Assembly (NCBI GenBank): GCA_050248855.1
Contig: JBFWRP010000006.1
Location: forward strand, 64,001 to 128,000
DNA from: Planctomycetota bacterium
GTDB taxonomy: Bacteria; Planctomycetota; PLA2; JAEUHO01
DNA: 64,000 nucleotides
Reading direction: 5' to 3'
The position numbers were made by a program, and so were the translations under genes. This document shows positions 17,769 to 27,138 of the stretch, piece by piece (within the stretch, counting starts at the first letter, position 1; every line of letters starts with the position of its first letter). The notes under the pieces are model-generated. The model saw only the letters and a program-made list of their open reading frames with translations, ran no database searches and was not told where the DNA came from.

Positions 17769-17906
17769 GGGGCCTCCTCCGGAGCGGGCGACGGAGCGGA
17801 CCCAGGTCGGCCCCGCCCGGCATGGTGCCCCGAGGCGCCGGGCGAGGCGAGCGGGGGAGCGTCCCCGGGTCGCCCTATGGTCTTCCGCCCCCCGGAGGGG
17901 GGATCC

Positions 17907-20900
17907 ATGCGTTCCGCACCCGCCGATGCTGCCCTTCTCGCGCCCGACGATCCGCTGCCGTCCGTGCCGCGGCTGCTGCTCACGGGTGCGTCCGGCACGG
18001 GCAAGACCTGGCGTGCGCTGGAGGCCGTACGCCACGTGGCCACGCGCGAAGGGCCCCACGGGGGCGCCGCCGCGGCCCCCGGGGCGGCCCTCTTCGTGCT
18101 GCCGACCTACGCGGCGGTCCAGCACATGCGCCGCATCGCGCTCTCGCGCTGGGAGGCGCGCGGTCTGCTCGACGAGGTGTTCACCACCTTCACGGGTGCG
18201 GGCGAGCGGTTCCTCGCGCGCTTTCGCGTGGGCACGCTGCCGTCGGCGGCCACGCGCGATCGACTCGTCGTCGCGGCTCTCGACGACGCGGCGCCGCGAG
18301 CGTTCGCCGCGGTCGCGGGCAGCGCGGCCTTCCGTGCGCGTCTGCTCAGGCTCGTCAAGGAGCTGAAGCAGGGCGGGTTGCCGCCCGAGCTCGTCGCCGA
18401 TCGCCTGGAAGCCGCCACCGAGGCCGTCAGTGCGCCGGCTCGCGAGCGCCTCGAAGCGTTCCTCGCCGTGTTCCGCGCCTACCACCGCCGCCTGGCCGAA
18501 GCGGGGCTGCACGACCACGAGGACGCCCTCGTGCGACTCGCGAGGCGCTTGGAGGACGAGCCGCCCGCGGCGCCGCCGCGCCGCCTCGTCGTCGACGGCT
18601 TCGAAGACTTGACGCCCATCGAGCAGCGCATCCTCGATCGCCTGGTCGCCATCGTGGTCGGCGCGGGCGGGGAGGTCCTCGTCACGTGTCCGTTCGACGC
18701 GCGGCGCGCCGAGCTATTCTCCGCGACGGGTCCGTGGCGCGAGCACCTCCTGGGCCAGGGGTTCGTCGAGCGACGCGCCGCCGCGCCCCGCGGGGCCCGG
18801 CCCGAGCCGCTGGCACGTCTCGCCGCGGATCTGTTCGTCCCCGCCCCGCACGATCCGGCAACCCCCGGGGGCGCCCACGTCGCGTGGCTGCTCGGCGGCG
18901 ATGACGAAGACGAGGCCGAGAGCGTGGCCCGCCACCTGCGCCGGACGGTCCTGGCCGGCGAGATCACCACCGCGGACCGGCCGATCCGCTGGCACGACGT
19001 GGCCATCGTCGTGCGTGACACGGCGCGCGACGCCGGTCGCTTCATCGATGCCCTGGAGCGTGTCGGCGTGCCCGTGCGCGCCGGTGGCGCGGCGGCCACG
19101 CTCGGGCGCACGCCCTTGGTGCGTGCGCTGCGCGGAGCCCTCGACGTGGTCGGAGGCCACACCGAGGCCGGCGCGTTCGAGCCCTACGCCGTACACGCGT
19201 GGCTGGCGTGGTGCGTGGTCGCCGCGGGCGACGAGGCGGCGCGCAGCGCCCACGACGCGCTGGAGGTCCAGCACCGTCGCGAGGGCGCCCCGCGCACGTG
19301 GGACACGTGGCGGTCGGAGCTGCCGGACGCCCTGGCGCCGTGGGCCGAGCGGCTGGAGGCCGTACGCGCTGGCTTGGGCGCGGCAACGGGGCCCGACGCC
19401 TTCGACCAGCTGCGTTCCGCCCTCGACGACCTGGCGCCGCTACCGACCTCCGCGGGGCTCGATGCCTCGGGTCGCCCGCTCGACGCGCGGCAGGACGCCC
19501 GTGTCGCGGCGGCCACTGCGGCGGCGTGGCGCCTGCGCGAGGTCGTGGGGGGGCTCGCCGATGCCGCGCGTCGCACGGGCGTGGGTCCTGCGTCACCGGC
19601 CGAAGCCGTGGAGGACGTGCTGGCGCAAGTCGATGCGCTGCCCTTCGCGCCCCGCGATCGCCGCCTGGACGCCGTGACCGTGCTCGACATGGAGACGGCC
19701 CGCTTCTGGGAGCCGGCGCTCGTCGTGGTGGCGGGGCTCGAGGCAGGACGCGTGCCCAAGCGACCGCGACAGGACATCCTGCTCGCCGACGACGATCGCG
19801 ACGCCCTGGCCGAGCGCGACGCGGTCTTGAAGCTGCCGCGGGCCCGCGACCGCGAGGTGCGCGAACGTCGTCTGCTCTACACCACGTTCACCGCCGCCCG
19901 CACCACGTTGTGGCTGTCGCGGCCCACGGTGGACGCGCGCGGCGAGGGTCTGCCGCCCGCGTTCCCGCTGCGTGCGCTCCAGCGATGCGTCACGCCGTCG
20001 ATCCGTCACGAGACGGGCGCACCCGGGGTGACGGCGCCGCGCCCGGACCTCGTCGCGTGTACGCACGACCTCGTGCGCCTGGCCGTCTCGCCGGGCACAT
20101 CCGCCGCACTCGCAGCGGCCCTGGTGCGAGCCGTGCCCGAAGCGCGTGCGGCGCGGGAGCGAGGTCGCCTGCGGCGTGCCACGCGCTTCGCCCTGCCCGA
20201 CGGGCTCGCTGCCTCGTTGGCGCATCGCTTCGAGGCCCTGAGCCCGAGCGAGGTCGAGACGGCCCACGTGTGTCGCGTGCGCCACCTGTTCCAGCGCACG
20301 CTGGCCGTGCCGGAGGACGACCTCGGCTTCGAGCCCCGCGGCCTCGAGCCCGCCGACGAGGGCCAGGTCCTGCACGCCGCCTTCCGCCTGGCCCTGCTCC
20401 ACGGCGACCGCGACGCGGAGGCGATCGCGAAGGAGGCGCTCGAGGCCAGCGACATCGACGCGGACGACGCTCCGCTTCTCCTCGCCGAGACGGTGCGCGC
20501 CATCGAGCTGCTCCGACTGCGCGAGACCTCGCTGCCGGCGGGACTGCAACCGTCGCCCGCGTGGCTCGAGCGTTCGTTTGCCCCACCTCGCGACGAGGTG
20601 CGCATCGGCCAGGGCGACGGCGCGTTCCTGCTGAAGGGCCGCATCGACCGCGTCGACGTGGGCCAGGGCGTGCCCACCGGTCCCGCGGTGGTCGTGGACT
20701 ACAAGCGCTCGGCGGGCGCCGTGGAGGCTTCGTCCAAGGCCGACCGCGAGGGCCGGGGCCTGCAGCTGAGGCTCTACGCGGAGGCCGTGGAGGCCTTGGC
20801 CCCGCTGCGGGTCGTGGGCATCGAGTGGGCAGCGGCCTTGGTGCGCCTGCGACGGGCGTTCTTCGACCAGGAGGCCAACGCGCCGCTCGAAGGGCGACGC

Positions 20901-21164
20901 GAGGGCGCCCCGTCGTGGTTCCTTTCCCATGCCGACTTCACGGCGCATCGCCAAGCGGCGGTGGACGCGGCCGTGGGCGCCGTGGCGGACCTGCGCGCCG
21001 CGCGACTGGACCGTGCGCCGCTCGACGCCGAAGACTGCGCCAGCTGTCCATGGCGTCGTCCGTGCCGCCCCGACCACGACGCGGTGGCCGCGGCGTCGGC
21101 CCTGCGCCGGCCTGCCATCGCCAAGGCCGACGACGCGGACGAGGCGGGAGACGACGACGCATGA
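17907..21164 (+). CDS. addB: AddB-like helicase/nuclease subunit (PD-(D/E)xK)
   Basis: Walker A-like GASGTGKT, VDGF.DLTP, V.GL..G..P, LY..FT.A, LSPS..E...C, GRIDRVD, VDYK, QL..Y, C..C.....C iron-staple cysteines. Confidence 0.82.
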   Translation: MRSAPADAALLAPDDPLPSVPRLLLTGASGTGKTWRALEAVRHVATREGPHGGAAAAPGAALFVLPTYAAVQHMRRIALSRWEARGLLDEVFTTFTGAGERFLARFRVGTLPSAATRDRLVVAALDDAAPRAFAAVAGSAAFRARLLRLVKELKQGGLPPELVADRLEAATEAVSAPARERLEAFLAVFRAYHRRLAEAGLHDHEDALVRLARRLEDEPPAAPPRRLVVDGFEDLTPIEQRILDRLVAIVVGAGGEVLVTCPFDARRAELFSATGPWREHLLGQGFVERRAAAPRGARPEPLARLAADLFVPAPHDPATPGGAHVAWLLGGDDEDEAESVARHLRRTVLAGEITTADRPIRWHDVAIVVRDTARDAGRFIDALERVGVPVRAGGAAATLGRTPLVRALRGALDVVGGHTEAGAFEPYAVHAWLAWCVVAAGDEAARSAHDALEVQHRREGAPRTWDTWRSELPDALAPWAERLEAVRAGLGAATGPDAFDQLRSALDDLAPLPTSAGLDASGRPLDARQDARVAAATAAAWRLREVVGGLADAARRTGVGPASPAEAVEDVLAQVDALPFAPRDRRLDAVTVLDMETARFWEPALVVVAGLEAGRVPKRPRQDILLADDDRDALAERDAVLKLPRARDREVRERRLLYTTFTAARTTLWLSRPTVDARGEGLPPAFPLRALQRCVTPSIRHETGAPGVTAPRPDLVACTHDLVRLAVSPGTSAALAAALVRAVPEARAARERGRLRRATRFALPDGLAASLAHRFEALSPSEVETAHVCRVRHLFQRTLAVPEDDLGFEPRGLEPADEGQVLHAAFRLALLHGDRDAEAIAKEALEASDIDADDAPLLLAETVRAIELLRLRETSLPAGLQPSPAWLERSFAPPRDEVRIGQGDGAFLLKGRIDRVDVGQGVPTGPAVVVDYKRSAGAVEASSKADREGRGLQLRLYAEAVEALAPLRVVGIEWAAALVRLRRAFFDQEANAPLEGRREGAPSWFLSHADFTAHRQAAVDAAVGAVADLRAARLDRAPLDAEDCASCPWRRPCRPDHDAVAAASALRRPAIAKADDADEAGDDDA

Positions 21165-24100
21165 GCGACGTGCAGCTCTCTCCCGCGCAAGCCGGCGCCG
21201 TGCAGCACGCGCGCGGCGACGCGGTCGTCGTGGCCGGCGCGGGCTCCGGCAAGACGCGCGTGCTCACGTCGCGCTTCCTGCACCTGGTGCAGCAGCGAGG
21301 TCTACCCATCCACGCCCTGGCGGCGCTCACCTTCACCGAGCGCGCGGCCCGCGAGATGCGCGAGCGCATCGCGGAGGCCTTCGACGCCCAGGGCGACGAC
21401 GCAGCCGTGGCCGAGGTCGAGATGGCCGACATCGGTACGCTGCACGCCTGGTGCGCGGCGTTGCTGCGCCGCCATGCCGTGGCCGCGGGGGTGGACCCCG
21501 GCTTCGTGCTGCTGGACCCGGCCGAGCAAGGGCTGCTGCTCGGTGATGCCGCCGCGGCGGCGGAGGCGCTGCTCCAGGAAGACGACGCCGGGCGCCAAGC
21601 GTGGCGCGACGTGGGGGCCTGGCTTGCCGCGTCACCCCGCTCGCTCCTCCTCGAGCTGCTCGAGCGGCTCCGCGGCGCCGCCGTCCGACCGGCCGAGCTT
21701 GCGTGGGCGCCAGGCGCGACCGATGTCCCTTCGCTCGCCGCGGAGGCCCGGCGAGCGCTCGAGACCGCACGCGAAGCGCTCGCCACGGCCGATCCGCCCG
21801 CCGAGGTGCGCGGGCCCGTCGAGATGGCCTTGGCCGCGTTGGCCGCGGCGCTGGACGAGCCCCCCTCGGCGGTGCGTGCGTTCACGCTGCTCCACCGGGC
21901 GGGCGAAGTGCCCAACCAGAGCGTCGTGCGCAAGAAGGTCTGGGGCACGAGCCGCAAGGCCTTGGTCGAGATCCTGGAGCAGCTCGCGGCCGCCGAGCTG
22001 GACGAGGTCGGCGCGACCACCGTCTTGCCGCCGCTCAAGCATGTCCTCCAGGCGTACGAGGACGCGTATGCCGAGGCCAAGCGCGAGCGCGGCTTGTTCG
22101 ACTTCGACGATCTCGAGCATCACGCGCTGGCCTACTTGCAGCGCTTGGCGACCGAGCGGCGACCGCTGGAAGCCGCCCCGCGCGTCGTGCTCGTGGACGA
22201 GTTCCAGGACACGAGCCCCGTGCAGGCCCAGCTCTTGGCCCTGCTCCGCGCGCAGGGCGCCGAGCAGATGGTCGTTGGCGATGCCAAACAGGGGATCTAT
22301 CGGTTCCGCCGAGCCGACGTGCGCGTCTTGCTGGCCGAGCGCGAGCGCGTCGGTGCGGCGGGCGAGCACTTGCTGGCGACGTCCTGGCGTTCGGCCCCCG
22401 ACCTCGTGGATGCCGTGAACCACGTGCATGCGCGGTTGTTTGCCGGCGGTGCCGCGGGCGTGCCGTACGAGCCGCTGGTGGCGGGCGCCACGTTCGCAGC
22501 CCCCGCGCCCGACGTGCCGCCCGTGGAGCTCATGTTCGTGCGTCAGGACGGGGCCAAGATCGGCGACGTCACGGTGTGCGAAGCGACTGCCGTTGCAGCG
22601 TGGATCCGCGACCTCGTCGCGTCGAACACGCCCAAGCGCAAGGAGGGCACGACCGGGCCGATCGGCTACGGCGACATCGCCATCCTCCTTCGTGCGCGAT
22701 CGCGCATGGCCGACTTCGAGCGGGCACTCGTGGAGGCGGGCGTTCCGCATCGCACGGTCGGCGGACGCGGCTGGCACCAAGCCGAGGAGATCGAGGACCT
22801 GCGCGATGCCTTGCGCGTGGTGCACGACCCGGCCGACGACCACGCCGTCGCCGCGTTCCTGACGGGCCCGGTCGTGCGCGCCCCCGACGAGGTGCTGGCC
22901 GTCTGCTTCGCCGACCCGGACGACCCACGAACGCCCTGGCAGCGTTGGTGCGATGGGGCGGACGGTCCCGATCAGCTTCGCGTCGTGGCAACGGTGCAGC
23001 GGCTCCGGCGGGAGGCCGTGCTGGGCTCGCTCACGGCGACGGTGGCGGGTGTGCTCGACGACCTCGGGCTGCTTCCGGCCACGCTCGCGGGCCCCGACGG
23101 CGCACGTCGCGCGGCCAACCTGCGCAAGGCCTTGCCCTTGGCGCGCGCGCTGGAGGAGGCCGGGCGGCGCGGCCTGGGCGACCTCCTGCGTCAGCTCGAG
23201 CGACTGGACGAAGAAGGTGCCGACGAGGCCGAGGCCCCGGTGGGGGGCAGCGCGGACGACGCCGTGCGCCTGATGACGGTGCACGCGGCCAAGGGGCTGG
23301 AGTTCCCCGTGGTGATCCTGGCGGACGTCGGTCGGACGGGGCGCACCCACACGCCCCTCGTGCGCTTCGAGCCCGGTCGCGGCGTGGCCACCAAGGTGCG
23401 CGACCCCCTCGAGGGCACCACGCACAAGTCGGCGGGCTACGTCGCCTTGGGCGAGGTCGATGCCACGGGCGATGACCAGGAGCTGTTGCGCCTCCTCTAC
23501 GTGGCGGCCACGCGTGCCGAGGAGCGCCTCGTCATCACGGGTTCGCTGACGGGTCAGACGAAGGCGGGCGAGCCGGGCGGCATGTACGGCTGGGGCCGCA
23601 CGTTGCTGGCGCTCCTGGGCGTAGGACCGGGATGCGGCTCCACCGACGTCCCGTGCGACGGCGACACGCAGACCTTCGTGCGCGTCACGATCCGCGACGC
23701 CGCAGACGTCGTCGCGGCCCCACCGTTGCCCGCGGCCCCCGATGTCGGCGAGACGGCCGACGAAGCCGCGGCGTGCGTGCAGGCGGCCGCGCAGGATGCC
23801 GCACCGCTTCGCGACACGCGCTACGTCGCCAGCGTCACCGAGCTCGTGGCCTTCGCGGCCTCGCCGCCGGCTTGGTACGAGCGCTATGTCCTAGGCGTCT
23901 CCAGCGAGCCGCCGCGGCGTGAGACCCGTGACGACGACGACCTCCGCCGACCTCCTCGCGAGGAGGACGAGATCACGTGGCGCACCGGACCCGACCCGCA
24001 CGCGGCATCAGTCGGCACGGCCGTGCACGCGTATCTGGAGCGCGTGGCCGGCCCCGAGACGGCGCTCGACCAGGACCGCTTGGACGAGGTGCTGGCCGAC

Positions 24101-24649
24101 GTGTTCGGACGCGACGTGCCGCCCGAGGCCAGGCAGCGCGTCGAGCACCTGGTCGCACGCTTCCTTGCGTGCGACCTGGGTGTGCGTCTGGGGCACGCGC
24201 TCGCTTCAGGCGCCGACGTCCGCCGCGAGATGGCGTTCCACGTGCGCGTGCGCTTCCCCGAGCGTCGGCGCGTGGGCCCCTTCGACGGCCTGCTCGTGCG
24301 CGGCACCGTCGATCTCTGGCTACCCACCGAGCGCGGGGTGCTTCTCGTGGACCACAAGACGGCTGCCCGCAGCAAGCGCTTCCCCACCCCCGAGGCCGTC
24401 GCTGCCCACCACGCCGTGCAGCTGCGCCTCTACGCCCTCGCGGCCGAGCGCGTGGAAGGCGCCGACGTCGCTGGTGCCGGCGTGCTCTTGCTCGATCCTT
24501 CCTGGGGCGACGAGCCCGTCTTCGCTCACGTCGACGTCGGCGGCGACGCCCTCCGCGAGACACGCGAGGTCGTCGAGGCCTTCGCCCGCGCCGAGCTCGA
24601 AGGCCGCTACCCCCTCGACTGGCGCAGCCTGCTCCTCACGGATGCGTGA
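21161..24649 (+). CDS. addA: AddA-like UvrD helicase/nuclease
   Basis: AGAGSGKT, LTFT..AA.EM, VDEFQDT, VGD.KQ.IYRFR.AD, DIAILLR, MTVH.AKGLEFPVV, LYVA.TRA, G..DL...D.KT, QL..Y; ATGA overlap with addB. Confidence 0.9.
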   Translation: MSDVQLSPAQAGAVQHARGDAVVVAGAGSGKTRVLTSRFLHLVQQRGLPIHALAALTFTERAAREMRERIAEAFDAQGDDAAVAEVEMADIGTLHAWCAALLRRHAVAAGVDPGFVLLDPAEQGLLLGDAAAAAEALLQEDDAGRQAWRDVGAWLAASPRSLLLELLERLRGAAVRPAELAWAPGATDVPSLAAEARRALETAREALATADPPAEVRGPVEMALAALAAALDEPPSAVRAFTLLHRAGEVPNQSVVRKKVWGTSRKALVEILEQLAAAELDEVGATTVLPPLKHVLQAYEDAYAEAKRERGLFDFDDLEHHALAYLQRLATERRPLEAAPRVVLVDEFQDTSPVQAQLLALLRAQGAEQMVVGDAKQGIYRFRRADVRVLLAERERVGAAGEHLLATSWRSAPDLVDAVNHVHARLFAGGAAGVPYEPLVAGATFAAPAPDVPPVELMFVRQDGAKIGDVTVCEATAVAAWIRDLVASNTPKRKEGTTGPIGYGDIAILLRARSRMADFERALVEAGVPHRTVGGRGWHQAEEIEDLRDALRVVHDPADDHAVAAFLTGPVVRAPDEVLAVCFADPDDPRTPWQRWCDGADGPDQLRVVATVQRLRREAVLGSLTATVAGVLDDLGLLPATLAGPDGARRAANLRKALPLARALEEAGRRGLGDLLRQLERLDEEGADEAEAPVGGSADDAVRLMTVHAAKGLEFPVVILADVGRTGRTHTPLVRFEPGRGVATKVRDPLEGTTHKSAGYVALGEVDATGDDQELLRLLYVAATRAEERLVITGSLTGQTKAGEPGGMYGWGRTLLALLGVGPGCGSTDVPCDGDTQTFVRVTIRDAADVVAAPPLPAAPDVGETADEAAACVQAAAQDAAPLRDTRYVASVTELVAFAASPPAWYERYVLGVSSEPPRRETRDDDDLRRPPREEDEITWRTGPDPHAASVGTAVHAYLERVAGPETALDQDRLDEVLADVFGRDVPPEARQRVEHLVARFLACDLGVRLGHALASGADVRREMAFHVRVRFPERRRVGPFDGLLVRGTVDLWLPTERGVLLVDHKTAARSKRFPTPEAVAAHHAVQLRLYALAAERVEGADVAGAGVLLLDPSWGDEPVFAHVDVGGDALRETREVVEAFARAELEGRYPLDWRSLLLTDA

Positions 24650-24660
24650 TGCGCATGTAG

Positions 24661-24710
24661 GTGTCCGAACCCGTGTCTCGGAGCGAAGCGACACTGACAC
24701 GGGGTCTGCA
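24661..24710. repeat. Intergenic inverted repeat with GCGAAGC core (related to 15912-15969)
   Basis: gtgtccgaacccgtgtc...gcgaagc...gacacggggtc. Confidence 0.5.
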
Positions 24711-24781
24711 ATGGAAGGTGCCTGAACTCCGGGCTCGGACAGGACAGCCACGCTTCCATGGGAGGGGGTGCCGCGCGCATC

Positions 24782-24906
24782 GAGACGCGGTACGGAGGCG
24801 GGGATTTCTTCCGCAACTTGCCGCCCTGCGCTTCGGCATGCGGAAGTGCCCATCGGCAAGTTGCGGAAGAATTCCCCGCCTCCGTACGGGCTTTGCCGTC
24901 GGCATG
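24782..24906 (-). repeat. REP-doublet-like palindromic element, family 1
   Basis: About 34-bp inverted arms gtacggaggcggggatttcttccgcaacttgccg / cggcaagttgcggaagaattccccgcctccgtac. Confidence 0.85.
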
Positions 24907-25077
24907 AAGAACTGATACCGGAGTGCGTAGCCCGCTTGCGTGCACGGTGCCCGGGCAAGGCCAGTCATCTCACGTGGATGCACGAGCACTGCAACGATGC
25001 GCCCGTCAGTCGTGCTTGGTGAAGGCGTACGCGCAACCTCGGGGCCGCCCTGCGAGCACGCTCCTGGAAGGCGCAGC

Positions 25078-25122
25078 GTGATAGGAGTTGCTCTGGCACC
25101 GTACTCCCCGGCACCGTACTCC
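25078..25122 (+). repeat. Family 2 element right arm with 2x15-bp terminal tandem duplication
   Basis: gtgataggagttgctctggcaccgtactc matches the arm at 26145-26173 with one mismatch; c(t/c)ggcaccgtactcc occurs twice (25093-25122). Confidence 0.75.
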
Positions 25123-25139
25123 GGGGCGATCGGCGGACC

Positions 25140-25871
25140 TCAGCGCTGAGTGCGCCAGACCGAAACGTGTGACGTGCTCTCGGCCGTGAACGTGCTCCGG
25201 TGCCAGTCGGCCCATCGCTCGGTGAGCCGCATGCCGGCGACGCGTGCCATCAGGTCGAGCTCGCTCGGCCACACGTATCGGAACGGCATGCGCGCCCACG
25301 GTCGGTCGGGTCGGAGGTGATGTGACCACGAGCGCTGGGTGACGAGGTCGTACTCGTCGATGCCGACATGGTCGCCGGCGACGTGGAACGGCGCGAACCG
25401 CACGCCGGGTGGCAGGCGTCGGATCTGGGGCACGATCACCTCGACGACGAAGGCGCCGCCGGGGGAGAGGTGGGCCGCGGCATTCTCGAAGCAGGCCACC
25501 TGCTCGTCCTGCGTGAGCAGGTTCATGATCGTGTTGAACACCAGGTAGACGAGCCCGAACCCGCCGTCGATGCGAGTGGTCGCCATGTCGCCGATCGTCA
25601 CCGGGATGTCGGCGCCGCCCGGCTTGGCGCGCAGCTCGCGCACCATCGCCTCCGACAGCTCGATGCCGCTGACCGCGATGCCGCGCTCGGCGAGTGGGAG
25701 CGCGACCCGACCGGTACCGATCGCGAACTCGAGCGCTGGCTGCCCGGCGGCCAGATCGGCGAGGAACTCGACCTCGGGCCCGAGCGCATCGGGCGCGAAC
25801 CGCTCGGCGACGTCGTCGTCGTAGTCGGGTGCGACCGAGTCGCCGAACCAGCCGTCGTCGTGAACGTCCAC
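25140..25871 (-). CDS. Class I SAM-dependent methyltransferase
   Basis: LE.AIGTGRVA.PLA, GIELS..M, GDM, F.LVYLVFNTI.NL.TQDEQ..CF.N...HL.PGG.FV.E, RYVWPSELDLMA; start GTG 25871 inferred. Confidence 0.85.
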   Translation of the reverse strand: MDVHDDGWFGDSVAPDYDDDVAERFAPDALGPEVEFLADLAAGQPALEFAIGTGRVALPLAERGIAVSGIELSEAMVRELRAKPGGADIPVTIGDMATTRIDGGFGLVYLVFNTIMNLLTQDEQVACFENAAAHLSPGGAFVVEVIVPQIRRLPPGVRFAPFHVAGDHVGIDEYDLVTQRSWSHHLRPDRPWARMPFRYVWPSELDLMARVAGMRLTERWADWHRSTFTAESTSHVSVWRTQR

Positions 25872-25963
25872 GGTGGTCCAGAATGACACCCGGCCGGCGT
25901 CGGCGGGCACTTCGTTTCGAGAGTACGGAGAGAGTACGGAGTGCGGGCAAATGCCATGTACGG

Positions 25964-26204
25964 GAGTACGGTGCCAGAGCAATTCCTATCACGTTGCCTG
26001 GCTGACGCGTACGGGAGCGCTACACGCAGGCGAAGCCGGAAGGTCGCCACGGCGCGCCCCAGGTGTCTCGAGGCACCAATCCTGCTCCACGGCCGGTCAG
26101 CTGCGAACTGGATTCCGTTCGCCACGCTCCTTGACCGGCGACAGGTGATAGGAATTGCTCTGGCACCGTACTCACTGGCACCGTACTCACTGGCACCGTA
26201 CTCA
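25964..26204. mobile_element. MITE/REPIN-like element (family 2): perfect 29-bp terminal inverted repeats plus 3x15-bp tandem tail
   Basis: gagtacggtgccagagcaattcctatcac (25964-25992) is the exact reverse complement of 26145-26173; ctggcaccgtactca x3 at 26160-26204; no transposase. Confidence 0.7.
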
Positions 26205-26229
26205 GATCTCGTTTCGCGAGCCGGACGGG

Positions 26230-27024
26230 TCACAGGGAGAGCGAAGAATCGGGTCGGGTTCCGGACTCGCGATCCCGTTCGATCCGGGCAGTGAGCGCAT
26301 TCAGGTCCTTTGCGTCGGGCGTGGACACCTCGGGTCGTCCGTAGCAGCGCAGGCCCCCCCGGATGACGAGGTTGGTCAGGATGGACTGGTCGTGGCGGTG
26401 CTCGACGAATCCGTCCAGGTCCGGCAGGCCGCAGGTGCTCGGGCCATCTCCGATGAGCCGGGGATCCGTGCAGCAGGCCAGCCACTCGTGCAGCAGGTCG
26501 AGCGCGACGGGCGTGCGCCTCCAGACGCTGAAGGTGGCTTGGATCTGGGGGTGCTCCCAGAAGCGCGGCTCGTCGCAGCCCATGCCCACGAAGCAGTCGC
26601 GCTTCGTCCACAGCCGGTTGGGGCCGAACTCCGGGATGTAGACGCCGGGCAGCAGGCCGCCGTTGCAGGACCCACACCAGTCCAGCAGCGCCGCGATGGG
26701 CGCGCGGAAGGCATGGCCGCGCCGGCGTGCCCCCCGGCGCCCACGACCCACGTCCCAGTAGACCACCCATGCGTCCGCGGGCGCCTCGAGCAGGGTCTCG
26801 AGGATGATGTAGGGCTTCCAGGCCCAGAGACCCGCCCCGCGCGGCGTCTCCAGCAGCGTGGCGTGCTCGCGATAGAACGCCGTGCGCTTGAGCCGTCGGC
26901 GCGTCCAGGGCCGGACCGCGTCGAAGCCGTGTCGCCTCGCGGACCTTCCCAGGTGCCGCTGGCGCGCCCGCCAGCGCCCCCCGTGCCGGCCGATCGCTCC
27001 GGCAAACGAGACGAGGATCTTCAC
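26230..27024 (-). CDS. Putative glycosyltransferase-like protein (HRHDQS family)
   Basis: RG.G.W.WKPYII...L, VY.D.G, WTKRD.F..M, QI.AT, EW...C, F.EHRHDQSIL. Confidence 0.6.
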   Translation of the reverse strand: MKILVSFAGAIGRHGGRWRARQRHLGRSARRHGFDAVRPWTRRRLKRTAFYREHATLLETPRGAGLWAWKPYIILETLLEAPADAWVVYWDVGRGRRGARRRGHAFRAPIAALLDWCGSCNGGLLPGVYIPEFGPNRLWTKRDCFVGMGCDEPRFWEHPQIQATFSVWRRTPVALDLLHEWLACCTDPRLIGDGPSTCGLPDLDGFVEHRHDQSILTNLVIRGGLRCYGRPEVSTPDAKDLNALTARIERDRESGTRPDSSLSL

Positions 27025-27048
27025 GGGCGCAGCCTACGCAAGAGCTCG

Positions 27049-27118
27049 GAGTTCGGAGTGCGGGCAAGTCCCATGGATTAGTGGGCAAGTTGCATGAGAT
27101 TCGCCCGCGCTCGGTAGC
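27049..27118 (+). repeat. 70-bp palindromic element, family 3
   Basis: About 59 of 70 positions identical (manual count) to 30544-30613; inverted arms cggagtgcgggc / gcccgcgctcgg; truncated left arm also at 25932-25950. Confidence 0.75.
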
Positions 27119-27138
27119 GCGGTAGCCCTACCCCTTCG

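Noticed and set aside
16503..17906. Long N-terminal extension of the 1553-aa ORF (likewise for the 1816-aa and 867-aa ORFs)
   Set aside because: These extensions are shadow frames of neighbouring genes in high-GC DNA; the likely starts are 17907, 21161 and 35271.
17907..24649. Novel helicase-nuclease defence system
   Set aside because: Motif order, the iron-staple cysteines and gene coupling fit housekeeping AddAB.
26160..26204. CRISPR-like short repeats (also 29173-29250)
   Set aside because: They are head-to-tail duplications with no spacers, and no cas genes are present.
26155..27081. ORF starting MLWHRTHWHRTHWHRT
   Set aside because: It is a translation of the 15-bp DNA repeat and lies antisense to the better-supported HRHDQS gene.
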